64,000 nt of DNA from Chlorokybus atmophyticus (Eukaryota > Plantae > Mesostigma and Chlorokybus algae): positions 195,350 through 259,349 of the forward strand of contig RHPI01000671.1 in assembly GCA_009103225.1 (NCBI GenBank). Direction: 5' to 3'. The position numbers and the translations under genes are program-made. Of the stretch, positions 12,524 to 25,916 are shown piece by piece. The notes beneath the pieces were generated by a model that saw nothing but the letters and a program-made list of their open reading frames with translations, had not been told where the DNA came from and did not search any database. Each line of letters begins with the position of its first letter. Positions within the stretch are counted from its first letter, which is position 1.

Positions 12524-15500
12524 ATGGCCAATTCTGAGTCGGATGAGGGGGTGGACTGGAACTTCACGACAACGCAGCAGGCGGCGTTCAACATGGAACC
12601 CCTTGAAGACGCCCACGGCAAGTTCTTCAACGACAATGTGTACCCCGACGGCTACACCCTTGACAGGGTATGCCAAAGATCTGCTGATTACTTTTGATAT
12701 TATATTACACATCGGGTTCTAGTCTTATACTTTGTGTGAAAGTGATGGATGAATTTCACTCAACTGTGTGCTCTGCTGAGTGGACAGCTAGCGGAGGGTT
12801 TGACATGTGACAACTTGCAATGCTATGCATGTGCCTGTACAGTGCTGTGTATGTGCATGTACATGTGCATGTGTGCACGTGCGCATGCGTGTATGAGTGC
12901 TTGCATGTGTTGGGTGACAGGGACAACCAATTGGCATGTGTGCGAATGTGGTGTTGCGGGGCAGGTGTGCGTGTCGGTGATAGACACGCCGGAGTTTCAG
13001 CGGCTGCGAGAAGTGAAGCAGCTCGGGGCGTCGTACTTTGTGTGGCCGACGGCAAGCCACAACCGCTTTGAGCACTCGCTCGGCACCTGCCACCTCGCCG
13101 CCAGCCTCGTCAACCGATTCTACACGTACCAGCGCTCCGAACTCGACATGCAACGCCAAGACACCGTCGTAGTCAAACTCGCCGGTCCGCTACTCATGCA
13201 TGCATCAACCAACAACAATGACACCAGCAGCAGCAGCAACAACAACCAAATTGCGTGTCTAAAAGTGCATGCACGCAGGGCTTTGTCACGACATTGGACA
13301 CGGCCCCTTCAGCCATGTGTTTGACAACGAGTTCATGAAGGAGATCCACAACGGCGTCAAAGTGTGGTACGATGTGAGGAGGAGACTACACTGCATGTTT
13401 GGTTGAGCACAGCTGAGCTCGGTGTGGTTGTTGTTTTCGCAGGAAACACGAGGAGATGTCGGCGAAACTCGTGGAGAAGCTCATCGATGACAACAACATT
13501 GACATATCAGACACAGAGCGCAGGCGTGTCCAGGTGCCAATTCACAACCTCATTACATTACACATCGGCCTCTAGTGCACAACTTATTGATGTTGTTGCT
13601 TGTGTGACTGATGTGTGTGTCCTTATGTGGGTGACAGCTTTACTGTGTTGCGTGCAGGACCTGATTGTGTCAAGCACAAAGCCTGTCGGCTTGCAGAATG
13701 TAGGTAATCTCAGTAACTAGAATTGCCCAATAGTTCATTGCAATTGTAATGTACTGCTGTAACGTAGGCTGAGCTGACTTTGCATTCACTTGAGACATGT
13801 GTACTCTGTCAGGGACACAATGACAGCAAGCAGTTCTTGAAGGAAATTGTTGCTAACGGCCGCAATGGCGTGGATGTGGACAAGTGAGCTAGCTCTGCGT
13901 ACTTGCTTTGTTTCAGGTGATATTGACAACAAACCATTCATTGTGTGTTCATAAACTGTGCCTTGCATGCAGATGGGACTACATCATGCGAGACTGCAAA
14001 GCGTGCGGAGTAAGCAATGGTGTTGAAGTGAAAAGGTAAACACCAACAATTGGTGCATGCCGTGGCTGTGGGCTCCATTCATGCATGCAATGGCACATGC
14101 GTGCATGAGCGCACAAAACACTCGCATGCATGCGCACATAGTGGCTCGTGCTAAAGATCAACACGCTTTTCATAGAGTGAAGTGATGTGCAAGGTGATGT
14201 ATGAGCGCTTGTACATGCACCCGCACGGCCACATTTGCTGCACTGTTACAGGATGGAGAAGGCAGCCAGGGTCATTGATGACGAGATATGCTACCAAGCC
14301 AAGTGCGGTGAGCGCTGCCTGATGTGTGCATCTTGTGACACTGGCAATTGTGCGGTGTTGATGAGTGCTATAGTCAAGTGGGTTTTCCTTGCTGCAGCCA
14401 AGAACCTGCACGGGCTCTTTCAAACACGTTGCACACTGTTTGACACCGTGTACATGCATCCGAAAGCCAAGGTTGGCGCAGTTTACTTGACTCATCTTGT
14501 GTACTGTGAATATGCTCTTGTGGTATGCTTCAAACCTGTCATGCCACAGGCAGCTGAGTACATGCTGCGGGATGCAATGCTGGAGGCCGAACCCGTGCTG
14601 AAGTTCTCAAAGATTGTGGAAGACCCCGAGGAGTTTATCAAGGTTGGGTGTGTTTTCACTGCTGCAGCTTACTTTGATACACCCGCCACACATCGGACAG
14701 AAGCTAACTAGCTGTGTTCTATTCTTCATGCAGTGGACCGACAGCGCGATTATGGACAGGATCTACTGGTCCAGTGATCCGGCGCTGAAGAAGGCGCGGG
14801 ACATAATTCATCGTCTGAAGACGCGCTCTCTCTACAAGGTTGTAATAAGGAGGCTGTTTCTTTTGTTGCTGCTGCTGATGTCCATGATTGTCTCTTTCTG
14901 GCTTTACTTTGACTGTGTTAAATGGGCTGTTGCCTCAATTTCAACAACAGTTGTTCACTGCAGCAAGGCTTCCTGGCTATTGCATTATGTTGAGGGTACC
15001 TTGTTGGAGGTTGTTCAATACTGTTGTCTTTCTGTTTCTGTGCACGATGCTGCCTGCAGTTTGTCAACCAGTACATAGCGCAAAACGATGCCAAGGACGT
15101 GACGGCTATGGACATTGTGTCACATCAGGTAAACTTCTGCACTGGCTCTGTTGGGTGTTTGGTTTACAGTATCAACACTTGATGCCATGTCGGGCGTATG
15201 CCTGTTGTGGACTCGATGCACTTCGTGTTTCAGCTGATGTGCAACTTTGCGTGCGAGTGCAGAGTGGAAGCGTGCTCACGGTGGATGACGTGATCGTCGA
15301 CAACACCGTGATCACATACGGGATTGATGGCGAAACCAATCCGCTAAAGCAGTAAGTTCTGGCATCCGCATGTACTGGTTATGTTACATATCGCTTGTTG
15401 GTTGTTCACAAGCACCACTGGCATTTACCCACTCTTTCTGACATTGGGTGCTGCTGTGCGCAGGATACACTACTACACGGTACATACGCGTTGCTGCCCG

Positions 15501-16070
15501 CCTTAATGGTCGCAACTTGGCGAATAGTTCCAACATGCAGGAAGTACATGTGACATGCCCGTGTTGTGCAGAATTCATGGGACACTGAGAAGTATGAGAT
15601 TGATCCCGAGCAAATCACCGCCTTTGTGCCCGCCAAACTGAAGCAGCGCAAAGTGCGGCTGTTTCTCAGGAGGGTGAACAACGAAACGGTGCGCAATGCA
15701 TGTAGACTTCGTTTTCTGTGCAGCATCGAACCCAAGCACCATAGCATGCACACATGTTTGGGCTCACCTGTATGCTTCGCGCTGTGTGTGAAGCTGTACT
15801 GGCATGTAGATGCATGTTGTGTGTTGTGTCGCTGAGATAGATTGCCACACGTGGCTTGGTGTTGTTCAGCTTCTAAGTGGTGTGTTATATGTTATGCAGA
15901 TCAAAGTGGCAGATGAAGCTTTTAGGGAGTACCAACGCAAGGAGCTAGGTAAAGTGGTAGAGGCGCACTCAACACCAATGAGGCTTGCAAATGGCAACGG
16001 CAGCCTGGTCGATGCATCCACTAAAAGACGCCGCATCGATTTCCACGAACGCAGGGAGGACGCACTCTGA
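12524..16070 (+). CDS. HD-domain dNTP triphosphohydrolase, SAMHD1/VENOSA4-like (about 16 exons)
   Basis: Exons encode [62 protein letters not shown] and VYMHPKAK, which are the ordered motifs of SAMHD1-family HD hydrolases. Introns are GT-AG; stop TGA at 16068-16070. Confidence 0.93.
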
Positions 16071-16493
16071 CTGTAGGCTCTCAAACAACCGACATCATAT
16101 AGCACCTAATAGATGCAGCGGTTCGTGTTTTCAGTCACCTGTGTTTACAATGTAGTTGCACTGGCGGCTGTCATGAAGTATATGTTTGCTATGAGATGGC
16201 TGCGGAGTGCACCTCTCAGCGCAACATGCTTGTTCCCGTCGCTGGATAGCCACCGCCACAGACTTGGTGGCGTCTAGAGACGCTGCAGACAAATGATCTG
16301 GTACTGTGGCACTGTAACTGCGGCAACTCTGCACACAGTTATGCCGACACTGGTGAGGCCAAATGACAGCTGCCATGAATCATTCATAATGAATGCCATA
16401 GTAACGACACCATTATTTGTGTTGAGATGCAACGCATTTCCCATCGTCGACATGAAGCTGCACTGCAACGGGTCCTATTGCAGCAGTTGTGCC

Positions 16494-16498
<5 letters not shown>

Positions 16499-16551
<53 letters not shown>

Positions 16552-16552
16552 N

Positions 16553-16628
<76 letters not shown>
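16499..16628. repeat. (CT)n microsatellite, about 130 bp
   Basis: Direct reading; one N inside the run. Confidence 0.98.
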
Positions 16629-16632
<4 letters not shown>

Positions 16633-17447
16633 GGCTGTGTGGCAAATGATGATATTGACACTTGCTGTGATGCATGTTACAGTCGTCGGGGATAGGGTGT
16701 AGTGGTAGTATTAGAAGTAGTGAGGTTGTTGGTAGACTCAAGTGTGGTTAGTTCGGTTATTACAGTCTATGCTGTTGCATGCTGTGTGTAGTATGCTCTG
16801 CTGCGCAGGTGGTGCTAACGTCGTACCCTGCCATGGTAGCTAGGGCCTTATTAGTCTAGCTACTTGCGTCGATCGTGTTCTAGCTTCCTTGATTGTAGTC
16901 CGTGTTCTGTATAGCTAGCTGTGCTGTGCTCTGTCCCCCCCCCCCCCTTCCGTCTTTGCTGTGATAATGCCACCGCGCTTGCTTGTGTGCTTTGAGACTT
17001 CTGTTTGCACACGCATTTACACTCCGCCTCTTAAGCTTTATGCTATATGCTATCTATGCATGTGCGCATTGCACTTCGCATCTTATGTTCACATGCGCAC
17101 AAGGCAAGCACCTTGCAGAGCAAAACAAAAAGCAATAACTTTGTAGTGTTTTCCATTGCAATAATGCTTTTTACGACAAAATTCAAGAACACTGGCTCTC
17201 AGCCACCATGACTTGAACTGCACTACCCTTAAGCAACCGCAGCCATGGGCATGTCGATATGTCATGCTAGCTGTTGTGCCATAGCAGAATCGCAATGATG
17301 GCACGATGGTGCATTGCATTGTTTGAATGAAATGGAGCACCCGGTGTTACACATTTTATGATGACTTGTTGTCTTTATATAATTGCTTTTGGCTTACCTA
17401 TTACTTATATGGGTTGTAATCCAGCAATGACTTATAATTAACAGTAG

Positions 17448-17606
17448 CATAGTGAGTATTAGAGTAGTTTGGCATAGTCTGTATGCAGCTGTATGAGAAA
17501 GTCGACCAAAGTTATATATTTTTAAATGTTTAACATTGCCATAGCGAGTATTAGAGGAGTGTGGCATAGTCTGTATGCATCTTTTGTGAGAAATACGACA
17601 AGTTTA
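17448..17606. repeat. Two-copy degenerate direct repeat, period about 92 bp
   Basis: catagtgagtattagagtagtttggcatagtctgtatgca at 17448 versus catagcgagtattagaggagtgtggcatagtctgtatgca at 17540. Confidence 0.8.
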
Positions 17607-17765
17607 CCCAGTTTTCAAGTCAAGCTGATAAGCTACATCACAGCATGGGGCTTGAAAGTGTTGAGCGGGTGGTGCATGTGGGGCGGTGTTGTGCTCTTTG
17701 GTTGGTGAGTTGAGTTGGCATGGAGCGGTTTGTTGGAAAGGGTGATGGTGGTCCCCTTGGAAGGG

Positions 17766-17963
17766 GTGGGCTGCGCCCTCCTCTGCTGCAGTGCAATGCT
17801 GAGGCGACGCTGGGAGCCTCGGGTGAGCAAGCCCACCCATACGAGACCCCCACCCAAACAAATTAGTTTAATATCATTGTGACCCGATGGGCCACGTATC
17901 AGATATTAAGCTGATAAGAACAGATACTACACTTGATCTTAGCCAAAAGGCCGAGAAAGGTAT
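17766..17963 (-). ncRNA. U2: U2 spliceosomal snRNA
   Basis: The minus strand reads ATACCTTTCTCGGCCTTTTGGCTAAGATCAAGTGTAGTATCTGTTCTTATCAGCTTAATATCTGATACG. It carries the GTAGTA branch-pairing motif, an Sm-like site (AATTTGTTTGG) and the ATTGCAC loop of stem IV. The 3' end is approximate. Confidence 0.97.
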
Positions 17964-20234
17964 ACCTCAACACCGGAAACTGTCAGATAATGTACCCCCG
18001 GCGGATTGCTTGCGAACGTGCATAGACTGCTGGGGCCCGCATCGGATGAACATTGTGCGACATAACGTGATCGGACGGTGCACGTCTGATGAGCAGGCAG
18101 AGGTATCGGCACATCATGCCGCATAGCACACGGCGGCGGCGGCGGAGGTGCCGTGTTAGCGTAGGGTGTACAGGGAGGCGTCTCTTCGAAGCGTGATGGT
18201 AAGCCTAGAAGGGTAAGATCAGCTTGAGGGTAAGCTTAGCTGTTGGGCGCAACCACAACCGGATTGCTGCATGCGGATGGTCACCTCGCAATGCCAGCGT
18301 GCAGCAGAGTGCCGTCATGCACGTGTCAAAATGAACAGCCTGCAGCACATGAACATATCGCAGAGTGCCCACGCAGAGCTCACACACGCACGCACAGTAA
18401 CATTCACGCACACCCACGCAAACGTGGAGCAGAGCAGAAACACACATGCACCAGTCAGAGCGCAGAAAAGATACACGCCTTCCTTACGCACGCACACGTA
18501 GTATACACCAACGCACGGCAGCATGCAGTACACCGCACACACCTTAACTCCGATTAACTACTTCATATCTGATCTGTTCAACTAGGCTTGATGGGGGCTG
18601 TAGGTCGCTGCTGTTGTAATGTCTCACGACTGCCTGCCTGCATACTGTTGCTGCTGCTGCTTAATGCATAGCACATAGTCAGCCCTCCCCTTTGACCAGC
18701 ATGTACCGGCTTTAACCAGCGCGAGCTTGGCGCAAACCACCGCTGCTACAATATGATCGTAAACAAACGTTGCCAAACGGACTTCACGAGCTGAAAATTC
18801 AAGTAGTCTATGTATTGCTTTATTTGTGGTTTGAATTTCTAAAGGATGAGTAGGTTAGGTACTGCGCTCGCGCCTTAACGAATAGATTGTCACTATACGA
18901 AGCTTAGCGTTGTAACTTTAGATGTACGGAGGTGGTTTCAAGCTGAATAAGACTTATCATGAAAAACAAGTGTGCACTTGCGGCTTGATGGCTGTTGCTG
19001 GCATGATGTTTGAAATTTATTCAATTATGTCACTTGGTTTACAAGTACAACGGAAAGGCTCAAAATGCCAGCAGAAGTAACACAGTTAATAAGCTGAAGA
19101 TATGCAATGATAACACATAGCTGCAATCAACTGCAAGCAGCGCGTCCTACGGTGGAGGCAAACATGGCAATGGCTGAAGCGGCCTAGATGCAATTTGCTG
19201 TGTAGTTGTTGTGGTTGTTGTGGTGTGGTGTAGGCATGGACGCCGTGTATGTCTGCTTGCTGTATTGTCTAATATACCAAGTGTTTGATGCCTGTACACA
19301 CCCATCTGCTGCTGCTTAAGGGTCTGGTTCAGGCTAGTTGTGTTGAGTTGTAGTAAGATGTGCATAACTCTGCCTTGGCCCCCATGTAACCACATGACAA
19401 CTTGCTTGCCATTGCTCTACTGCCACCTACTTCGGGGTTTGCCACATGCAACCATTGTGTGTTATATACGACAACACACTTCGTGTGTGTATATGCTATA
19501 AGTCAATTGTATGGCCGACACAACCCGCCCCTGTATTACTTGCTTCCATTGCTGGATGAGCTATGCGTGTGCCGAGTGTTTGCGGGTGATTTGCATGTCA
19601 CATACTTGGATAGCTCATACACACCAACGACTTTAACAACCATGGCAAGTGATGACATCAGTTGCTGCCAGCTGTGATGCTAGCCGCTGTTGTTAATTGA
19701 ATTTGTGCTTGCTTGCCCCTCCCCTCCCGTGCCCGCACTTCCCTAGCATACCCCCTGAGTCACCGCGGTCAGACACCATGCGTTACCACGGAGGCGGGCA
19801 CGGCGCTGTTAAAAGATTGCGTCGGCGTTGTAAATGCTATGCATGTGCTTTTTATAATAATGTCAGCCTATGAATTGAGGCATAGAAGCGAAAGGCATGC
19901 ATGCGGACCGCACACACGTGCGAGTGTACGACAATGTGGAGTAAAATTGCTCATGCATAGGGTATGAGTCATATTGCAAACATGCAGTGTGTGCACACAT
20001 GACCAATGTGTGCAAGGCATTGACGGCATTTTTAGAATAGTTTGAAAATTTATGTACACTAGCGAGTGATATGCATGTGCTAATATAGTGTTTGCATTTA
20101 TGTGTTGTTTGGTAGGGAGTGACTAGCACGCTGCGACACCGACACAGCAACTGCCTGATTAGCGTGATGTCATCCTGAATATGCATGTGAAACCCTAACG
20201 ATTAAGCGGCTGCCGAGTGATGGCAGTGCGTTGT

Positions 20235-20417
20235 GAGTGAGCTGGCGGCGGCAAGGGGGAGAGAGGGGGGAGTTCGTTGACTCTGCTGCTGTCGTGGACG
20301 CTGCAAGGCTGACCGCTAACCACAGCCGTGCTGCAGGTGACTGCGCATGTATGCATGCTTGCATGGCTTACCGGGTGTTAGCAGTAGTCAGTAGAGTAGG
20401 TAGAGTAGCCCGGTGGT
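20235..20417 (+). mobile_element. Right-end fragment of the CCACCGGGCTAC TIR family
   Basis: GA-rich tract, then gaccgctaaccacagcc...gcaggtga...gtagagtagcccggtggt. Aligns by eye with the reverse complement of 28607-28800. Confidence 0.65.
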
Positions 20418-21362
20418 GAGCTACGTGGTAGTGTGAATTGTGAGTGGTATGATTGTGGGATGGTGATAATCGCTGTGCATGAGCATATGCCGCGTGCATG
20501 GTATGTACTTTTGTAATAACATACTACACACAATAACACTCCTTGCCAACGTGGCTAATCCGCTGAAGTTGGAACCCCAGGCACCTTAGCTTTGTGCACA
20601 TAGCCTGCAAGCACCGTTTTCCGCATGGTTCACACTATCGCTTCTATTAGCTGTTGCTCGACAATTACCATTCACATGGTGTCCGGCTGATTGCCCCGAA
20701 CGAGTGACGCGCTGCTGTGAAACATGCAACGCATCACTCAATTCTTCTAGCCAATCATTTGATACTGGTCGAGTTCCAAATGCTCTTATTGGGCGCAATG
20801 CGTCGGTAATGCTTGAGAGTAGCGATTGCAGATGTTACATAGTTGAACTTGCAAACTGTGGCAACAAGGGTGTGCAAAATTTACCGTCAGAAACTGACAC
20901 CCAAACACACCTCTATGATCACAGCATACAACGTTGAATAACCGCCAAACTCGCCTCCAATAAGACACACAGCAAAGTGCCTATGGCAGCACATCAACCT
21001 TCTTGATCGACGTTCTTCATCTGCGGAGGGCATGCAAAATCTCCTGCAAACAGGATCGCATATACAAAGCTCCACCTGGCCACCATGAAGGCATCCTGTT
21101 GTCTTGACCTGCCAACACGAATGCAGTGCCGTGTCCTGTCAACTGCTAACAACCAGACACAAAACACAACCTGGGCAAGACATGCTCGAGAGAAGCCACA
21201 GATGCCAACCCATGAACCTGCAACCTGCGCTACAGCTCGACAACTACGTCAGAGGTAACTGCCAGAACCCCACATGCTGCCCACACCACTCCAATAACAT
21301 CCCAACCATAACACGTAACAGGCACAAGCAACAAGCTCCACCTGCTCAAGACAGCGTGTCGT

Positions 21363-22681
21363 CTAGTGGCCAGTGGGCTGTCCTGGAGGGGGAGGTCCTG
21401 GTGGAGGAGGCGGGGCACCTGGAGCAGCACCTGGAGCCGCAGGAGGTGGTAGGCCACCTTGAGCAGGAGCCTGCGCCACTGCTTCTCGTTCTCGGTTCCA
21501 CTGCTCGATCTTCCTACGCCTTTCCTCACTGCCAGCACGGTCATGGCGATCGCGGCCACCATGACCATCACGCTCGCGCTCCCGACCGCGCCCTTCCCTC
21601 TCTCTGTCTCTGTCTCGGGGGCCGCCGCGATGGACCGGGCTTCGGCTGCGCTCGCGGCGAACCCTGTGCGCGTCTCTGTCTCTGTCATCGCGCCCTCTAC
21701 GCGGCGGCGGACTGCGGCTGCGCGCCACAGGCTTCTCAGGGCTGGGACTCCGGCTTTGGCTGCCATCCTTGCGATACCGCCCAAACAGTTTCTTGCGCAA
21801 TTCACGGCTGATCCGCTTCAGATGCATGAAGTTGCAGTAACCGCCGCGATGGCATGTGTTCTCCTCGTACTGGCGGCATGTGGCCTCGCGAAAGTCTGTC
21901 ACAGGCGAGAAGTCCACGATGATGGGGCGACCAGCATAAAACCTTCCTGTTAGCGCTTGTAGCGCTGCTCCTGCGGCCTCCTCCTCTCTAAACTTCACGT
22001 ACACATTGCCCACCATGTGGTCTGCAAGGTTGTCACATACATTCAAGTTTTCAATCTCGCCAAATCTGCTGAGCTCCTCAAAGATATCCTCATAAAAGTC
22101 CTCAAAATGCTCTTGCACCTGGGCACAATAGCAACGTGCTGTTAGCTGTACAGTTGTAGGTGAACATTGCGAAATGTAACCACACGAAGCACAACTGCAG
22201 AGGGTGTGCATAAGCTTACCTTTTTCATGTCCACCTGCTGTACAGGGTTTCCAGTTGCGTCAAAGCCCTGCTGCACTCCCGCGTCCAAGCTCTGGTACAA
22301 ATTGGCGAGCAGCACCGTCTGGCTCATCGTGGGCTTGTTGTGAATGCGGGAGCACCGATCTCCATGACGACAAGCACCCATCTTGAAATAAAAAGGACAG
22401 TTGACACGGTCCTTTTCCGTCCCTGCGAAGCGCAACAGTCAGCAAGCATACACAACATTGTTGATGGACGAACTAGGGTTGGAGTAGAGCTGCACATAGC
22501 ACAGGCGACCGCACAAACTGCAACGCTCCGGATGCTTGCTCCCTGACGCACATCGCAACCATGCAGAGACACAGGCTGCTACTACAAGCATTTCTCAACC
22601 CCTTTCAACCCAAGCGCAAGCTTCGCATGCAACACAAGGAGCACTTCGCTTACCGAAAATAGACGCCAAATGTTCCGCCAT
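21363..22681 (-). CDS. U2AF35: U2 snRNP auxiliary factor small subunit (3 exons)
   Basis: [35 protein letters not shown] (CCCH1), UHM domain [45 protein letters not shown]2 [19 protein letters not shown], then an RS/RD-rich and Pro-rich tail. Confidence 0.97.
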
Positions 22682-22808
22682 GGTTACAGGCCTCTTGCAG
22701 ACAAATTTTTAAGGAAAATTTCACAAAAAGCGTCAAGGTGCGCCCGCAGCGCCCACGGCCAACACCTCCAACCGGCTCCGCAACGCCGCCGCCGCCGTCC
22801 CAGCGGGC

Positions 22809-22816
22809 TAGGGTTT
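22809..22816 (-). promoter_or_regulatory. Telo-box (AAACCCTA) upstream of U2AF35
   Basis: TAGGGTTT on the + strand, about 130 nt upstream of the ATG. Telo-boxes are established in plant promoters of housekeeping and RNA-processing genes. Confidence 0.5.
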
Positions 22817-22928
22817 GGCTGATACGGAAGTTGAACTGCTAGGAATCTGCTAGGGAACGAACATGCCGGAAGCTCCAGCACGTTCGCTAACGTTGGTGGT
22901 AATTTTCATGAAGCTTCGTGGTCCGTTA

Positions 22929-23452
22929 CCGTATTTACCCCATAAGAGTTCCCCCCTCTTTATACAGTTCCCTCCTTGATTAAGCAGGGGCGAACTCTAT
23001 ACCGGGGGGAACATTATTCCAGCAGCGGAACTGTATCGTCTAGCAGGCGGCTGCCGATACTGTCGTTAAAAACGTGAATACTGTGCCGTATCTGATTACG
23101 GCAGATACCGGCGGCCGAGACTGTAGATTCCCGCGACAACCACGGGCCAGACTGCAAAGTGCCGCCGATTGCATCATGTACATGCATCATGTACATATAT
23201 ATATACCGCTATATGATACATTTATTACTTATAACATATTCACTATTTTACATTACACTGTTATATATATACTATACACTATGTATACACCCATACATAC
23301 ACTCTTTAATAGTATATATCATGTATACATATATACTGTTCCCTCCAAAGGGAACATGAAAAGGGGGGGAAACTCCATCATGCAATAATTCCCCCCGTGT
23401 TTTAACGAGGGGGAACTGTATAAAGGGGGGAATTCTAATGGGTTAAATACGG
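22929..23452. mobile_element. Non-autonomous TIR element (MITE), Tc2/pogo-like termini
   Basis: About 65-bp imperfect TIRs: left (ta)CCGTATTTACCCCATAAGAGTTCCCCCCTCTTTATACAGTTCC, right GGAACTGTATAAAGGGGGGAATTCTAATGGGTTAAATACGG(tg). The interior is AT-rich and non-coding. Confidence 0.75.
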
Positions 23453-23472
23453 TGAATGATACAAGTGCGCAC

Positions 23473-24061
23473 CCGTATTTACCCGTATAGAAGCCCCTCC
23501 NNNNNNNNNNNNNNNNNNNNNNNNNNNNNNNNNNNNNNNNNNNNNNNNNNNNNNNNNNNNNNNNNNNNNNNNNNNNNNNNNNNNNNNNNNNNNNNNNNNN
23601 NNNNNNNNNNNNNNNNNNNNNNNNNNNNNNNNNNNNNNNNNNNNNNNNNNNNNNNNNNNNNNNNNNNNNNNNNNNNNNNNNNNNNNNNNNNNNNNNNNNN
23701 NNNNNNNNNNNNNNNNNNNNNNNNNNNNNNNNNNNNNNNNNNNNNNNNNNNNNNNNNNNNNNNNNNNNNNNNNNNNNNNNNNNNNNNNNNNNNNNNNNNN
23801 NNNNNNNNNNNNNNNNNNNNNNNNNNNNNNNNNNNNNNNNNNNNNNNNNNNNNNNNNNNNNNNNNNNNNNNNNNNNNNGGGAAGGGCGGTGTGGTGGCGG
23901 AGAAGAGCCCCCCCCCCGACAAGAACCGCTGGCAAAAAAGGGTGGAGGGCTTGTGTAATAAATCCCATTTGCGGGCAAATATAGGCTCTACAAGCCCTCC
24001 TCCCGACACAAAAGGGTAGGAGGCTTATATAATAAACAAGGGCTTCTCCAAGTAAATACAG
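23473..24061. mobile_element. Second Tc2/pogo-like MITE, spanning an assembly gap
   Basis: Left CCGTATTTACCCGTATAGAAGCCCC, right GGGCTTCTCCAAGTAAATACAG. N gap at 23501-23878 lies inside it. Confidence 0.5.
23501..23878. other. Assembly gap (N run)
   Basis: Run of N in the sequence. Confidence 1.
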
Positions 24062-25916
24062 TGGGTAAGACATGAGGTATTAATAGAGTGCAGTGTCACA
24101 ATTGTGCTACTACTCGTATTGAGTTCTTTGTTGCAGCCCACTTACATTTTTGCAGCTTTCGTAATATCTTTCAATCGTCAAATAGGTTTATTTATCACAT
24201 TAAATATAAAACCATAAATGATGCAGCAAAACGTGTTCTGACAAAATGTTTATATAGTCATTGTTGCATTACATAATGTACTTAACAATAACAAAATAAT
24301 TAGTACGTGATTATGTATTATGGTATAATACATTATGATAGGTAACTTAACAATATGATACATCATGAGTAATATCATACCGATATTGTAACTGTTTAAT
24401 ATATTGTCACCTTGTAAAATAATAAATTTTAGGTCAAGTACATACAACCTGCGACTTATTTTTCTTATAAAAAGCGTACAATTGCAATGTACTCGCCTGT
24501 TTGTTTATGATTATTGTGTCACCAATATTAATAAATGTCAAATGCTTTCACGACGTTACCTTTAATAAAATGGGAGACCCATTGCACGCACCGAAAGTTT
24601 GCGTCTTGTTCCCACTATATAGGTTGTGCAACATCTAGCGAGCTCCATGCACTTAAAACATGCATATCAACCACGGGTCAATTGGCATGTAGACGCGTGG
24701 TAGAATTGTCCGCCATGTAGAGGCTGTCGAGGTGTGCATGCCTGTAGATGTGCTTCTACAATGGCGCATGCAATGCGTTTGTTCTTTCGGCTTTGTTGTC
24801 ATCGGTTGTTTTGAAGAAGCGAGGTTTTCAAGTCATCAATGCACGCACCGCCAACGAGCTCCTGCCTGACAACAGGCACCCTTGCGCCATCATGCATGCT
24901 GTCAATCACTGAGGGCGCACTCACACGCGCGCATGCACGACTCACTCGCAGCGTCGGCGGTGGTGGTAAGCATAGCGGCGGGGCCGTCAGAGTAGCGGAT
25001 GGCATACGCGCAGACCATCCGATCAGCACCGTGCGCTGAGAGCTCTCAGCGCACAGTGCTTGAAGCAGCTGCGTATGACATGAACACACTGGCCTGCTTG
25101 TGCAATGCACTGTATGCTCCTACTGTATGCTCCTATTTCTGCTTGGTGCATGCTATGTAGTGACTACACAGTGCATCCATGCGTTGCTCCAGCCAATGAT
25201 CTTGTCAATGCGCCGTCAGCGCAGCTCGACTGGGATTTGCGGGCGGCGGGGCGTGGTGGCGCGGTGGGGAGTCTGGCCTGGGACAGGCTCTGCTGTGTAC
25301 GCTGTCTCCGGCCTGGTCACCAGGCAGGACGGTCCTGTGTGCATGAGTGTGTGGAAGTCGCCAGCTTGCAGGAGGGACGGGTTGTCGCAGGAGCAGACGT
25401 AAGCAGTAGTCTACAGAAGCAGCGCGGTCGTCGCCGCCAAGCGGCTGATTTGGTCGCCCGGTTGCGACTGAGGTAAGTTGTGACGACCACCAGGCCAGTA
25501 TGACCGTCTGCATGTGTGCTGTTAGCAAGCGTAGAGCTTAAGCAATTGTCTTCAGTCAGAGTGTTATTCAACCCCCTTGATATGATTGCGAGCTGTCAAG
25601 TGCGTTGCTTAGGATGTGACACGCTTGGCAGTGATAGCTTCACAGTGGTTGTCAATCCCAACGTGACACAGCTTTCTCTTGGACACGCACGTTCAAGGTT
25701 AGCTTAAAGGTTACAAATAGGCAAGTATCTTTGTAGAGGCTGCTGTGGCTAGGGGTGCGTTGGGAAGGTGATTTCAACTCTGCTGAGCTGTGCCAACGTG
25801 TGCAGTTGATACTCAAGCGTGGTTCCTCTTAGTTTCCAATAAAGCTGAAGACACGTTGAGGCGGGCTTGTGGTCGCCGTGTGCTGGTTTGGCTCTTCCAG
25901 CGGCGAAGCAGCGGAG

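Noticed and set aside
16293-16741. ERERER and SLSLSL ORFs
   Set aside because: Translations of the (CT)n microsatellite.
23879-23907. 29-nt exact match to 30056-30084 at the edge of a gap
   Set aside because: It sits directly at a gap edge and matches a repeat copy, so it is most likely a gap-extension artefact rather than biology.
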